Positions 7,418-16,062 of a stretch of DNA of 32,000 nucleotides are shown here, in pieces. The DNA lies in NCBI RefSeq assembly GCF_900232105.1, contig NZ_LT934425.1:270001-302000 (forward strand), in the 5' to 3' direction. Source of the DNA: Candidatus Kuenenia stuttgartensis (lineage in GTDB: Bacteria > Planctomycetota > Brocadiia > Brocadiales > Brocadiaceae). The first letter of the stretch is position 1. Every line of letters begins with the position of its first letter. The position numbers and the translations under genes were made by a program. The notes below the pieces were generated by a model that saw only the letters and a program-made list of their open reading frames with translations, ran no database searches and had not been told where the DNA came from.

Positions 7418-8590
7418 ATGGCGGTTAGGTGGAAAAAATACCACAAAGAATGCAAGGGCAAGCGGGCTGAGGGCGACAGGTGCGGCAAGGTCGTTACAAA
7501 GGGGATCGACTGCAAAGGAAAGCGGGGATCGCATTGTCCTTCAGGGGTATCAAATCCTTGTGGAGCATGGGCGATTGATTACCGGGAAACGGACGGCAGA
7601 TGGGTATCAAAGGTCTTTCCCGGCATATCACGGACGGAAGCAAGGGAGCGGCTGGAAGATATCCGGAGCAATATCAGAAGGGGTATGATAGGGCTACCAC
7701 AAACACGAAAGACACCTACCCTGAAAGAATACGCCAAAAAGTATTTAGAGTTTTCTAAGGGCGACAAAGAAAACACGTTGTTATCAAAGAAAAGGGCTAT
7801 TAATGTATTGGCGCAGTATCTTGGGGATTACAGGCTGGACAAGGTGACTACCTTCATTATTGAGAAATTCAGGATTGAGCGTAGGGAAAAGGACAAGGTG
7901 AAAGCTTCGGTTATAAATCAGGATATTGCAATATTAACCCATTTGTACAATACGGCAATAAAAGAAGGGGTAATTGATAAAACTCCATGCCAGAACGTAA
8001 AGAGACTCAAAACAGCACAGACGAAAGACCGGATATTGTCGCAGCCTGAAATTGCTTTATTGCTTGAAAAACTGCAAGGCAAAGACCGTCTGATGGTATT
8101 GGTAGGTCTTTTTACCGGGTTACGTTTAGGCGGTGTTTTAGGGCTTTCATGGGCTGATATAGACTTGACCAATAGGATCATAACGTCCAGTCATAAGACC
8201 GGCAAGCTGGTGTCTATCCCAATATCTGATTACCTTGCAGGTGAATTACGGAAGTGGAAGGAAACTAATCCGGGCGACAAGCTATTCGTAGAAGGCAGGG
8301 TAACAAACCGGGCGAGAATTAATCATAGTTGTCACTTTAGCAGTTTGTTCAAAGGCTTAGGCATTCAAAACTTTACCTTCCATAACCTACGACATACCTT
8401 TGCAAGTCTCCTGCAAGGCGAATTAGGCATTGGCGCAATAGTAGTGCAAGGCATGACCGGACATTCAAGCTTAGGAATGCTCCAGAAATATTCTCATACC
8501 GGCATGAACTCAAAGAAGGTAGCTATCAACGCCTTGACCGAACATGTGCTAAATACAACACCAAAGACCGTATTTGCCATAGCACAATAA
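7418..8590 (+). CDS. int: Tyrosine recombinase / phage-type integrase with a Cys-rich N-terminal extension
   Basis: GGAGGG RBS precedes the ATG at 7418. Catalytic signatures seen: TGLRLGG (Arg), HNLRHTFAS (HxxR) and GHSSLGMLQKYSH (His/Tyr). An arm-type N-domain, GAWAIDYRETDGRWVSKVF, is also present. Confidence 0.9.
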   Translation: MAVRWKKYHKECKGKRAEGDRCGKVVTKGIDCKGKRGSHCPSGVSNPCGAWAIDYRETDGRWVSKVFPGISRTEARERLEDIRSNIRRGMIGLPQTRKTPTLKEYAKKYLEFSKGDKENTLLSKKRAINVLAQYLGDYRLDKVTTFIIEKFRIERREKDKVKASVINQDIAILTHLYNTAIKEGVIDKTPCQNVKRLKTAQTKDRILSQPEIALLLEKLQGKDRLMVLVGLFTGLRLGGVLGLSWADIDLTNRIITSSHKTGKLVSIPISDYLAGELRKWKETNPGDKLFVEGRVTNRARINHSCHFSSLFKGLGIQNFTFHNLRHTFASLLQGELGIGAIVVQGMTGHSSLGMLQKYSHTGMNSKKVAINALTEHVLNTTPKTVFAIAQ

Positions 8591-8595
8591 ATAAA

Positions 8596-8614
8596 GTACG
8601 ACTGAGGTACGACT
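8596..8614. repeat. GTACGACT direct repeat (x2, 11-bp period) immediately after the integrase stop; possible recombinase/att-associated site
   Basis: GTACGACT occurs at 8596-8603 and 8607-8614. A related AAAGTACG..GTACG..TACG cluster sits at 7273-7292, upstream of int. Confidence 0.3.
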
Positions 8615-8753
8615 TTGCTTTAAGAACACCAGTAACGAATTGCCTTGTAAGGCTACAGCGATAAGGTTTTCGGGGCAACTTTCAGGTAGGTACTAACATT
8701 ACAAGTATTAATTGCCACAGAATATAAAACCATTTTTCAGAAAGCAAATTTCA

Positions 8754-8783
8754 TTGACAATAAATAAATTGTTTCGGTATAGT
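8754..8783 (+). promoter_or_regulatory. Putative sigma-70 promoter for hom
   Basis: TTGACA at 8754-8759, an 18-nt spacer, and TATAGT at 8778-8783. Confidence 0.4.
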
Positions 8784-8866
8784 GCATTTTTAATTCTTTC
8801 CGGCAAAAGAATTGTCCTTATTTTTTACGTTCTATCGTACATTTTGAAAAACTCTCGGGATTAACT

Positions 8867-10162
8867 ATGAAAAGAATACACGTAGGTATTATCGGTATGG
8901 GCACTATTGGGACGGGAGTCGCAAAAATTCTTCTGGAAGCCAATTCTCCCCTCAGGGAAAAGCTAGACACTGTCCCTGTATTAATGGGTATAGCCGATTG
9001 TAATCCTGATGCTAAGAATAAAATAGCTTTGCCTCCTGCTGTGACATTTACCACTGACGCAAATACCTTATTACATGACCCAAATATCCACATCATCGTC
9101 GAACTTGTAGGCGGGGCGACCATTGCAAAGGAAATTGTCATCAAGGCGCTTGAAAACGGAAAGGATGTCGTTACTGCGAACAAGATGCTCCTTGCCCTCC
9201 ATGGCTCTGAATTATTCAGGAAAGCCCGCCAGCACGGGAAAAGCATCTCTTTCGAAGCAAGCGTTGGAGGGGGCATTCCGATCATCGCAGAACTTAGAGA
9301 CGGCCTTATCGCAAACAAGATTGAATGTATTTTGGGAATAGTTAACGGCACAACTAACTATATATTAACCCGGATGACCAAAGAAAACGTCGAATACGGC
9401 GCAACCCTTAAGGAAGCACAAACACTTGGTTATGCTGAAAAAGACCCAACGATGGACGTTGAAGGCATTGATTCGGCGCACAAGCTTGCAATCCTTGCCA
9501 GGATTGGCTTTGGAGTGGATGTTAATTGCGAAAATATTTATTGTGAGGGTATCAGTAAAGTCGAACTCTCTGATATATGGTACGCCCATGAATTGGGATA
9601 TACCTTAAAACTTCTTGCAATAGCAAAAAAAAGAGAGAGCGGTCTTGAATTGCGGGTACATCCTACACTCCTGCCACACGAACACCCTCTTTCTTCGGTA
9701 AACGGGGTATTTAACGCCATCTGTATCAAAGGAAGCGCTGTCGGAGATTCAATGATATACGGAAGAGGCGCCGGAGAAATGCCCACGGCAAGCGCAGTAG
9801 TCGCTGATATTGTTGACGTGGCGCTCGGTAGGGCAAATATTACCTTCAATACAATGAAAATCTTTTCCGGGCAATGCGAACGTGTTTCCATCGCCGATAT
9901 GAAAGAGATAAAAACACGATATTACTTACGGTTCTCCGTAATAGACAGACCCGGTGTACTGGCAAAAATTTCCGGGATACTGGGAAATCATGAAATAAGC
10001 ATTGCCTCGGTAATTCAACGGCAGGCAAAAGAAAAGGGACATGTCCCCCTCATCCTGATGACCCATATTGCGGAAGAAGGCAATTTGCTGAATGCGCTTT
10101 CTGAAATCAAACAATTAGACGTCGTAAAAGACCAAACACGATTCCTGCGTGTTGAAGAATAG
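8867..10162 (+). CDS. hom: Homoserine dehydrogenase
   Basis: The N-terminal NAD fold is GIIGMGTIGTGVA. The C-terminal ACT domain is YYLRFSVIDRPGVLAKISGILGNHEISIASV. The length is 431 aa. Confidence 0.9.
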   Translation: MKRIHVGIIGMGTIGTGVAKILLEANSPLREKLDTVPVLMGIADCNPDAKNKIALPPAVTFTTDANTLLHDPNIHIIVELVGGATIAKEIVIKALENGKDVVTANKMLLALHGSELFRKARQHGKSISFEASVGGGIPIIAELRDGLIANKIECILGIVNGTTNYILTRMTKENVEYGATLKEAQTLGYAEKDPTMDVEGIDSAHKLAILARIGFGVDVNCENIYCEGISKVELSDIWYAHELGYTLKLLAIAKKRESGLELRVHPTLLPHEHPLSSVNGVFNAICIKGSAVGDSMIYGRGAGEMPTASAVVADIVDVALGRANITFNTMKIFSGQCERVSIADMKEIKTRYYLRFSVIDRPGVLAKISGILGNHEISIASVIQRQAKEKGHVPLILMTHIAEEGNLLNALSEIKQLDVVKDQTRFLRVEE

Positions 10163-10171
10163 GAGATATTC

Positions 10172-11365
10172 TTGAAATACTGCATTATCATTCCTGACGG
10201 CATGGCAGATTATCCAATAGAAAAACTGGGTGGAAGGACGCCCCTTGAGACCGCCCGTACGCCATATCTTGACCTCTTATCTGAAAACGGCCGGATAGGC
10301 ACCGTTCAGACGATTCCGCGAGGATTCCCACCGGGAAGCGACGTTGCCAATCTTACGATAGTGGGATACAACCCAAGTGATTATTACACAGGCAGGGCCC
10401 CTCTGGAAGCGGCAAGTATTGGCATTCAACTGGAAGAAGAAGACTGCGCATTCCGGTGCAATTTCATTACTGCCAACGAAGACACCCTGGTAGATTTTTG
10501 TGCAGGACACATTAAAACGGAAGAGGCGGATATCCTTATAAAACTGCTCAATGAACGATTCGGGAATGATGCTATCCAATTTTATACAGGGAAAAGCTAC
10601 CGCCACATTATGGTATATAAAGGTACGCAGAAGATAAACACCACATGTTTTCCCCCTCATGACATTATGGGAAAATCGATTGAAGAACATCTTCCAAAGG
10701 GGAAAGGAAGTGAAATCATCATTGATATCATGGAACGCTCGCGGGGACTACTATACAATCATGACATAAACAAGGTGCGTATTGACCTTCAGGAAAACCC
10801 TGCCAATATGATCTGGCTATGGGGTCACGGATATCGCCCCAAAATGCCTTCGTTCCAGGAACGATTCAACTTAAAAGGCGCTGTGATTACGGCAGTGGAC
10901 CTGATCAAGGGTATTTCTCTCTATCTGGGATGGGACATTATAAACGTTCCCGGCGCTACAGGATACTACGACACTGATTACAGCAACAAGGGGAAATATG
11001 CCATCGAAGCACTGGAAAACCATGATATGGTACTGGTGCACATTGAATCGCCCGATGAAGCAGGACACGAAGGCAATATAAAAGAAAAGGTAACTGCTAT
11101 TGAGCAAATTGACAGTAAGATTATAGGGCCAATTACAGATGCCGGGAACTCATTTCAGGAACTTCGTATTCTGGTGCTGCCGGATCATTACACACCAATT
11201 GAAAAAAGAACTCACACCGCGGAGCCCGTGCCCTTTGTAGTATGCGGCTCCGGCATTCAAAAAGATGATGGGAAGCCGCTTACGGAAGCAAATGCTGCGG
11301 CGTCAAAACTACATATCAGCAAGGGCCACGAGTTAATCGAACGCCTCATTTCAGGTTCTTTCTGA
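10172..11365 (+). CDS. Cofactor-independent phosphoglycerate mutase-like metalloenzyme (archaeal apgM type); possibly a non-orthologous homoserine kinase
   Basis: The TTG start gives (M)KYCIIIPDGMADYP. The PPGSDVANLTIVGYNP and HIESPDEAGHEG motifs belong to the alkaline-phosphatase-superfamily iPGM clade. The gene lies 9 nt downstream of hom. Confidence 0.8.
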   Translation: MKYCIIIPDGMADYPIEKLGGRTPLETARTPYLDLLSENGRIGTVQTIPRGFPPGSDVANLTIVGYNPSDYYTGRAPLEAASIGIQLEEEDCAFRCNFITANEDTLVDFCAGHIKTEEADILIKLLNERFGNDAIQFYTGKSYRHIMVYKGTQKINTTCFPPHDIMGKSIEEHLPKGKGSEIIIDIMERSRGLLYNHDINKVRIDLQENPANMIWLWGHGYRPKMPSFQERFNLKGAVITAVDLIKGISLYLGWDIINVPGATGYYDTDYSNKGKYAIEALENHDMVLVHIESPDEAGHEGNIKEKVTAIEQIDSKIIGPITDAGNSFQELRILVLPDHYTPIEKRTHTAEPVPFVVCGSGIQKDDGKPLTEANAAASKLHISKGHELIERLISGSF

Positions 11366-11449
11366 TACGAAATTATATGTTTGTCCATGAATTTATTGAG
11401 AAATTTCAACAACCTAAACTGTTGCAAAACGGGAAAGATTTTTTGACCA

Positions 11450-12145
11450 ATGATAAAGCTGGTACTGATAAGACATGGCGAGAGTATATGGAATTACGAA
11501 AATATATTCACCGGGTGGACGGACGTTGATTTATCGGCTCATGGAATTACAGAGGCAAAACAGGCAGGGAGCATTTTAAAAAAAGAGGGATATGTTTTTG
11601 ATATTGCCTTCACTTCTGTCCTTAAAAGAGCAATTAAAACCTTGTGGTATATTTTAGATGAAATGGATTTAACGTGGATACCCGTACAAAAAACATGGAG
11701 ATTGAATGAAAGGCACTATGGTGCATTGCAAGGTTTAAACAAAGCAGAGGTGGCTAAAAAATACGGGGAAGAACAGGTCTTTCTCTGGAGAAGAAGTTAT
11801 GATACGCCTCCGCCCCCTCTTACGTTAACAGACAACCGCTATCCCGGCAACGACGTCAGATACCGGAGTCTTAGTAAAGAAGAAATTCCTTTCACCGAGA
11901 GCCTGAGAGATACCATTTTTCGATTTTTGCCGTACTGGGATGATGCCATAGCGCCTGCAATACGTGAGAAAAAAAGGGTTATCGTTGTAGCTCACGGAAA
12001 TAGTTTGAGGGCTTTGGTCAAGTATCTTGATGATATACCAGACGATAAAATCGCTGAGTTAAGCATCCCGACAGGCATACCCCTTGTATACGAACTTGAC
12101 GAAGGGTTAAAACCGACCTCAAAATATTATCTTCGCGGAGATTGA
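11450..12145 (+). CDS. gpmA: 2,3-bisphosphoglycerate-dependent phosphoglycerate mutase
   Basis: [10 protein letters not shown] (catalytic His), ERHYGALQG and HGNSLRAL motifs are present. The length is 231 aa. Confidence 0.9.
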   Translation: MIKLVLIRHGESIWNYENIFTGWTDVDLSAHGITEAKQAGSILKKEGYVFDIAFTSVLKRAIKTLWYILDEMDLTWIPVQKTWRLNERHYGALQGLNKAEVAKKYGEEQVFLWRRSYDTPPPPLTLTDNRYPGNDVRYRSLSKEEIPFTESLRDTIFRFLPYWDDAIAPAIREKKRVIVVAHGNSLRALVKYLDDIPDDKIAELSIPTGIPLVYELDEGLKPTSKYYLRGD

Positions 12146-12187
12146 ATGTTAAAGACGTGAAATCGAATGTGTTACCTTTTCATTTTT

Positions 12188-12763
12188 TTAAATAGATAAT
12201 CCTAATATCCCGGATACTGTTAAGGTAATATCAGGAAAATTTTCTGGTGATATCTTTTGATTATAACGCCGTTTCATCATTATATTATAACCTTCAGGGG
12301 TTGGTTCATTATATATCTGCACAATATTTTCTATTAAATTCACCAGCCATACCTCTTTAATATTTGCCTTTGCATACAACGGGATTTTAGTTTCACAGTC
12401 ATACGCTAAAGAGCTGTCTGCAACTTCTATAATTAAGAGAACATCTTCCGGTTGGGGGAGTTGTTCAGCATAAAAATCGGGACGTCTTTTTATTATTGTT
12501 ATATCTGGTTCCGGTTCAGAGTATTCAGTCAGGCTTAAAGGATTTTGAATATTAACAATTGCCCTTTTCTGTAATTTTTCGCTAAAGAGTTCATTTAACC
12601 GGCTAACACATGCAGCATGCCGACTCCCAATGGGCGTCATATCAATGATCCTCCCCTCAACAAGTTCCACTCTGTCATCTTCATGCAGTATGTTACTTTC
12701 TATCAACCGATGATATTCTTTAACGTTAAAACGATGAATTGATAATGCTGTATTCATAATCAC
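12188..12763 (-). CDS. Uma2-family (DUF820) putative endonuclease
   Basis: The VELVEGRIIDMTPIGSRHA, PEPDITII and LIIEVADSSLAYDCETKIPLYAKANIKEVWLVNL patterns are typical of Uma2. Confidence 0.8.
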   Translation of the reverse strand: MIMNTALSIHRFNVKEYHRLIESNILHEDDRVELVEGRIIDMTPIGSRHAACVSRLNELFSEKLQKRAIVNIQNPLSLTEYSEPEPDITIIKRRPDFYAEQLPQPEDVLLIIEVADSSLAYDCETKIPLYAKANIKEVWLVNLIENIVQIYNEPTPEGYNIMMKRRYNQKISPENFPDITLTVSGILGLSI

Positions 12764-12823
12764 AAACCTCCATAATCAAAAAATTAACCACAGATGCAGC
12801 CGGATAAACACGGATTCGAATTT

Positions 12824-12857
12824 CTAAATGAGCGCATCTTTAGTATTTCGTGCTCAT
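12824..12857 (-). terminator. Hairpin downstream of the FNT gene (possible terminator)
   Basis: AAATGAGCGC at 12824-12833 pairs with GTGCTCATTT at 12848-12857 (9 of 10 positions). There is no clear U tract. Confidence 0.3.
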
Positions 12858-12892
12858 TTGGTTCCGGCTTGTCCACGTTAGGTCGTGTATGT

Positions 12893-13807
12893 TCATTTAT
12901 TGTAATCAACGGGACAGCCCATGTGTGTTTTTTTCGTACGCGGCCGAAGATAAATAAACCAGAACATGATACCGATTAACATAACCCCTCCTACGATATT
13001 CCCAAAAGTAACCGGCAAAAGATTATTGATAAAAAAACCTTTCCACGTAAGCTGGGACAGGTTCAGCGTCCTTCCTGCCATTTTTTCAGCAGCGTCAACA
13101 ACAAAGTGATTTTTCCGCAACATTATACCCATCGGGATAAAATACATGTTTGATACACACTGTTCAAATCCACTGGCAACGAAACCCCCGATAGGGAATA
13201 TAATTGAAAAAATCTTGTCCGCTGTACTCTTTCCACTAAAGCATATCCAAATGGCAAGACATATCAACGCATTGCAAAGGACTCCACGGGTAAAAGCTGC
13301 GTTAAAAGAAAGATTAACCTTATTATGTGCTATAAGCAGGGCTTTCGCACCAACCATATGGTTAAAAAATTCCCATTGATGTGTTTCATACATCCACCAC
13401 ACCATTGTGAGACTGCCCACTAAATTACCAATGTATATGACGCCCCAATTTGTGAGCAGTTCATATAAAGTAATCTTTTTGCCTGCAAATCCAATAATAC
13501 CGAGACAGTTGCCGGTAAAAACTTCTGCGCCTCCAATAACTGCCAGTATAAATCCAAGAGAATATACAATCCCTTCGATAAGTGAGGTAATTCCGTAGTG
13601 CAAGGTTGAATCACTTGTTACCAATGTAGAAAACTGTGCGCCAAAACCAAGATAAATCCCGGCCAAAACGCCAAGAGAAAAGGATTTGGAACGGTTTAGC
13701 GCTGCCTTATGTATCGTTACATCATAAATTGTTGTTGCGATTTTATATGGCGTATAGGCATCTATATCTATTAGCTTGACAGGGGATTGAGCGTTAGCGT
13801 CTTTCAC
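12893..13807 (-). CDS. Formate/nitrite transporter family channel (FocA/NirC-like) with Gln at the central His position
   Basis: GTG start with a GGAAGGAAG RBS. FNT signatures seen: GAEVFTGN and FVASGFEQCVSNMYFIPMG. The protein has six or more TM segments. Confidence 0.85.
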   Translation of the reverse strand: MKDANAQSPVKLIDIDAYTPYKIATTIYDVTIHKAALNRSKSFSLGVLAGIYLGFGAQFSTLVTSDSTLHYGITSLIEGIVYSLGFILAVIGGAEVFTGNCLGIIGFAGKKITLYELLTNWGVIYIGNLVGSLTMVWWMYETHQWEFFNHMVGAKALLIAHNKVNLSFNAAFTRGVLCNALICLAIWICFSGKSTADKIFSIIFPIGGFVASGFEQCVSNMYFIPMGIMLRKNHFVVDAAEKMAGRTLNLSQLTWKGFFINNLLPVTFGNIVGGVMLIGIMFWFIYLRPRTKKTHMGCPVDYNK

Positions 13808-13969
13808 AGCTTCCTTCCTGTAATTTAAGGGTCAGGGTCCGTGGTTTTGTTGTGATAAAACTTCTTGTGCGCCGTCTACGTACAAAAGAATAAATCGGTA
13901 TTTTTGAGATTTTAAAAAGCCGGTTTCTACTGAACACGCCGGGGATTATTACGTAATAACATGTTACTT

Positions 13970-15343
13970 TTACAATTTACTAACATGTGCTTTATAATCT
14001 TCAGGATTAATATTGTATTTTTTTATCAGCTTATAGATATCAGCCCTGTAACGGCTTGCCATTTTTGATGCATTTGTAATGTTGCCATTGTTTGCCTTCA
14101 GTAGATTTTCGATGTATTCCCTTTCGAATCTTTCTTTCGCGTCCTTGTAAGAATGAAAAACATTTGTGGTGGTATTTCTTTCCGGAAAAATATCTTCCGG
14201 TTCAATATTATTTTTATTTGCCACGATGGCCGCATGCTCTATTTTGTTTCTTAATTCACGAATATTTCCCGGCCAGTCATACAAAAGCATCCTTTGTAAG
14301 GCAGCGGGAGAAAATCCAAGCGGGTCTTTCTTTAAAGCCTTGCAAAATTCCGTTATAAAATACGTTGCCAATAGCGGGATATCATCTTTTCTTTGCCTTA
14401 AGGGAGGAAGATAGACAGGCATAACATGTATTCTGTAAAACAAATCATCACGAAAAGTCCCTTCGCTCACTGCCTTTTGCAAATCGGTGTTCGAGGCGGC
14501 AATAATCCTGACGTTGATCTTTCTGTTCTTTGTACTTCCGACTGGTTTAATTTCCCTTTCTTGCAAAACTCTCAAAAGTTTTATTTGGAATATCATTGAA
14601 GTATTGCTGATTTCGTCAAGAAAGATTGACCCTTTATCGGCTTGCGCAAAAAGTCCCTCTTTTGATTCATGTGCGTCCGTATAAGCCCCTCGTATATGTC
14701 CGAACAGTTCATTTTCCAATAATCCCTCCGGGATAGCACCGCAGTTTGTGGCAATAAACGGCCCATTGGCACGGTTACTATTTTGGTGAATTGCCCTGGC
14801 TATCAATTCCTTTCCGGTACCGCTTTCTCCATAAATGATAACATTGCAATCAGTTTTTGACACCCTTGACACCAGTTCAAGGATTTCCAGCATCTGTTTA
14901 TTTTTCCCGATAATCGGATTAAAATTGTTCCGTTCATCAAGCTGATTCCTTAGGTATTCTATTTCTTGTGTAAGCCTTTGTTTCTCAAGGGCATTTTTGA
15001 TCTGCATTGCCAAATCATCATTCCTGAAGGGTTTGGCGATATAACTATAGGCGCCCCTTCTCATGGCTTCTACGGCGCTTTCTATACTTCCATGCGCCGT
15101 TATTATAATAATGGGGAGCTTGGGATAATTCTTTATTATATCTCTCATTAATTCTATACCATTTTCTTCAGACAACCGGAGGTCAACAAGAACAAGGTTA
15201 ATCTTGTTCTGAAATAATACCGTTTTCGCTTCATCTCCGTCCTTTGCTATTGATACAGAATAGCCTAATGCTTTTAAACGCATCTGCAGGACTTCTAAAA
15301 TGCTCGCATCATCATCTATAATAAGTATTTTTTCTTTTGACAT
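13970..15343 (-). CDS. Sigma-54-dependent response regulator (NtrC/AtoC family)
   Basis: The REC domain shows ILIIDDD and VLVDLRL. The AAA+ domain shows GESGTGKE, ENELFGH and GAYTDA. A C-terminal Fis-type HTH, GNITNASKMASRYRADIYKLIKKY, is present. Confidence 0.9.
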   Translation of the reverse strand: MSKEKILIIDDDASILEVLQMRLKALGYSVSIAKDGDEAKTVLFQNKINLVLVDLRLSEENGIELMRDIIKNYPKLPIIIITAHGSIESAVEAMRRGAYSYIAKPFRNDDLAMQIKNALEKQRLTQEIEYLRNQLDERNNFNPIIGKNKQMLEILELVSRVSKTDCNVIIYGESGTGKELIARAIHQNSNRANGPFIATNCGAIPEGLLENELFGHIRGAYTDAHESKEGLFAQADKGSIFLDEISNTSMIFQIKLLRVLQEREIKPVGSTKNRKINVRIIAASNTDLQKAVSEGTFRDDLFYRIHVMPVYLPPLRQRKDDIPLLATYFITEFCKALKKDPLGFSPAALQRMLLYDWPGNIRELRNKIEHAAIVANKNNIEPEDIFPERNTTTNVFHSYKDAKERFEREYIENLLKANNGNITNASKMASRYRADIYKLIKKYNINPEDYKAHVSKL

Positions 15344-15366
15344 AATAACAAATTATTACATATGAA

Positions 15367-16014
15367 TTATTCCGGTTTTCTTATAGAGGTATCGCTTATC
15401 GTAGCCTTGGGAAGTAAATCTAATGGATTTACGGTAATACTACGACCGTCAGCTTCCTTCTTTTTTTCTTCTATTTGTAAATCGATTTCACTGAGCTTCC
15501 CAATATCTTTTTTAAGTGTTTTAATCTCAGTGGCGGCGCTGTGAAGATCGGTAGAAAGTTTTCCTATTGCCTGGTCTTTAGTGGCAAGACGGTCAAGAAG
15601 TTCAGATTTTTGGAGTTTTTCGATATTGTTCTTTAGTGTTTCAACCACCTCTTTGGTGGTACGGAGTTCATCAGAAATCTTTCCGATTACCTGATCTTTT
15701 TGAGAAATGCGGTCTAACAGATCACTTGCCTTAAGTTTTTCAATTTCTTTTTTGAGTGATTCTATTGTTGCTGAAGCAGTGCGGATTTCATCCGTAAGCC
15801 TTCCAATTTCCTGATCTTTCCATGAAAGGCGGTCTAAAAGATCATTTATTGCTTTTGCCTTATGTTGCACGTCAACCTTCATGATGTTAATTTCTTCGGT
15901 TTTTTTGGTTAATTCCTTTTTATAAGTAGTACTTGCGCAACCGATACACATTAAAAACACTGGAGCTAAAAGTAATGATAAAAAACAGGCTTTCTTCTTA
16001 TTAATGAACTTCAT
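15367..16014 (-). CDS. Lipoprotein with three 40-aa coiled-coil tandem repeats
   Basis: AGGAG lies 6 nt upstream of the ATG at 16014. The signal peptide carries a lipobox-like LMCIGC. The repeat is LLDR[LI]SxKDQxIGxLxxElRTxxxxIExLKxxIEKLxxS, three copies. Confidence 0.75.
   Translation of the reverse strand: MKFINKKKACFLSLLLAPVFLMCIGCASTTYKKELTKKTEEINIMKVDVQHKAKAINDLLDRLSWKDQEIGRLTDEIRTASATIESLKKEIEKLKASDLLDRISQKDQVIGKISDELRTTKEVVETLKNNIEKLQKSELLDRLATKDQAIGKLSTDLHSAATEIKTLKKDIGKLSEIDLQIEEKKKEADGRSITVNPLDLLPKATISDTSIRKPE
15484..15843 (-). repeat. 3 x 120-bp in-frame tandem repeat inside the lipoprotein gene
   Basis: The repeat units cover residues 60-99, 100-139 and 140-179. Units 1 and 2 share 23 of 40 residues. 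Confidence 0.8.
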
Positions 16015-16062
16015 TGTCAACTCCTATTTATAATGGACATTTATCTTTTTGTTTTACTCTTT

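Larger units (their letters stand above)
1..8650. mobile_element. Integrase-terminated integrative element (phage-satellite/P4-like or prophage/ICE remnant); left end beyond the window, right boundary approximate
   Basis: A contiguous block of regulators, primase-helicase, excisionase-like HTH, adenine methylase and a terminal tyrosine integrase (7418-8590). The housekeeping gene hom follows at 8867. No att duplication or tRNA could be demonstrated inside the window. Confidence 0.6.

Noticed and set aside
8591-8866. Searched for a tRNA/tmRNA gene or att direct repeat at the element's right end
   Set aside because: No T-loop or acceptor-like sequence was seen. The only match to the window's left edge is the 9-mer ACTTTCAGG (90-98 against 8678-8686), plus ATAA(A)GGTT, which is too short to call an att site.
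8818-9351. 177-aa minus-strand ORF
   Set aside because: It is antisense to homoserine dehydrogenase, which has unambiguous NAD-binding and ACT motifs.
13808-13969. Looked for a sigma-54 promoter (TGGCAC-N5-TTGC) upstream of the FNT gene. The regions upstream of the kinase, sulfotransferase, cytochrome c' and Cys-rich genes were also checked.
   Set aside because: No GG-N10-GC element with acceptable flanks was found by eye, so no promoter is reported.
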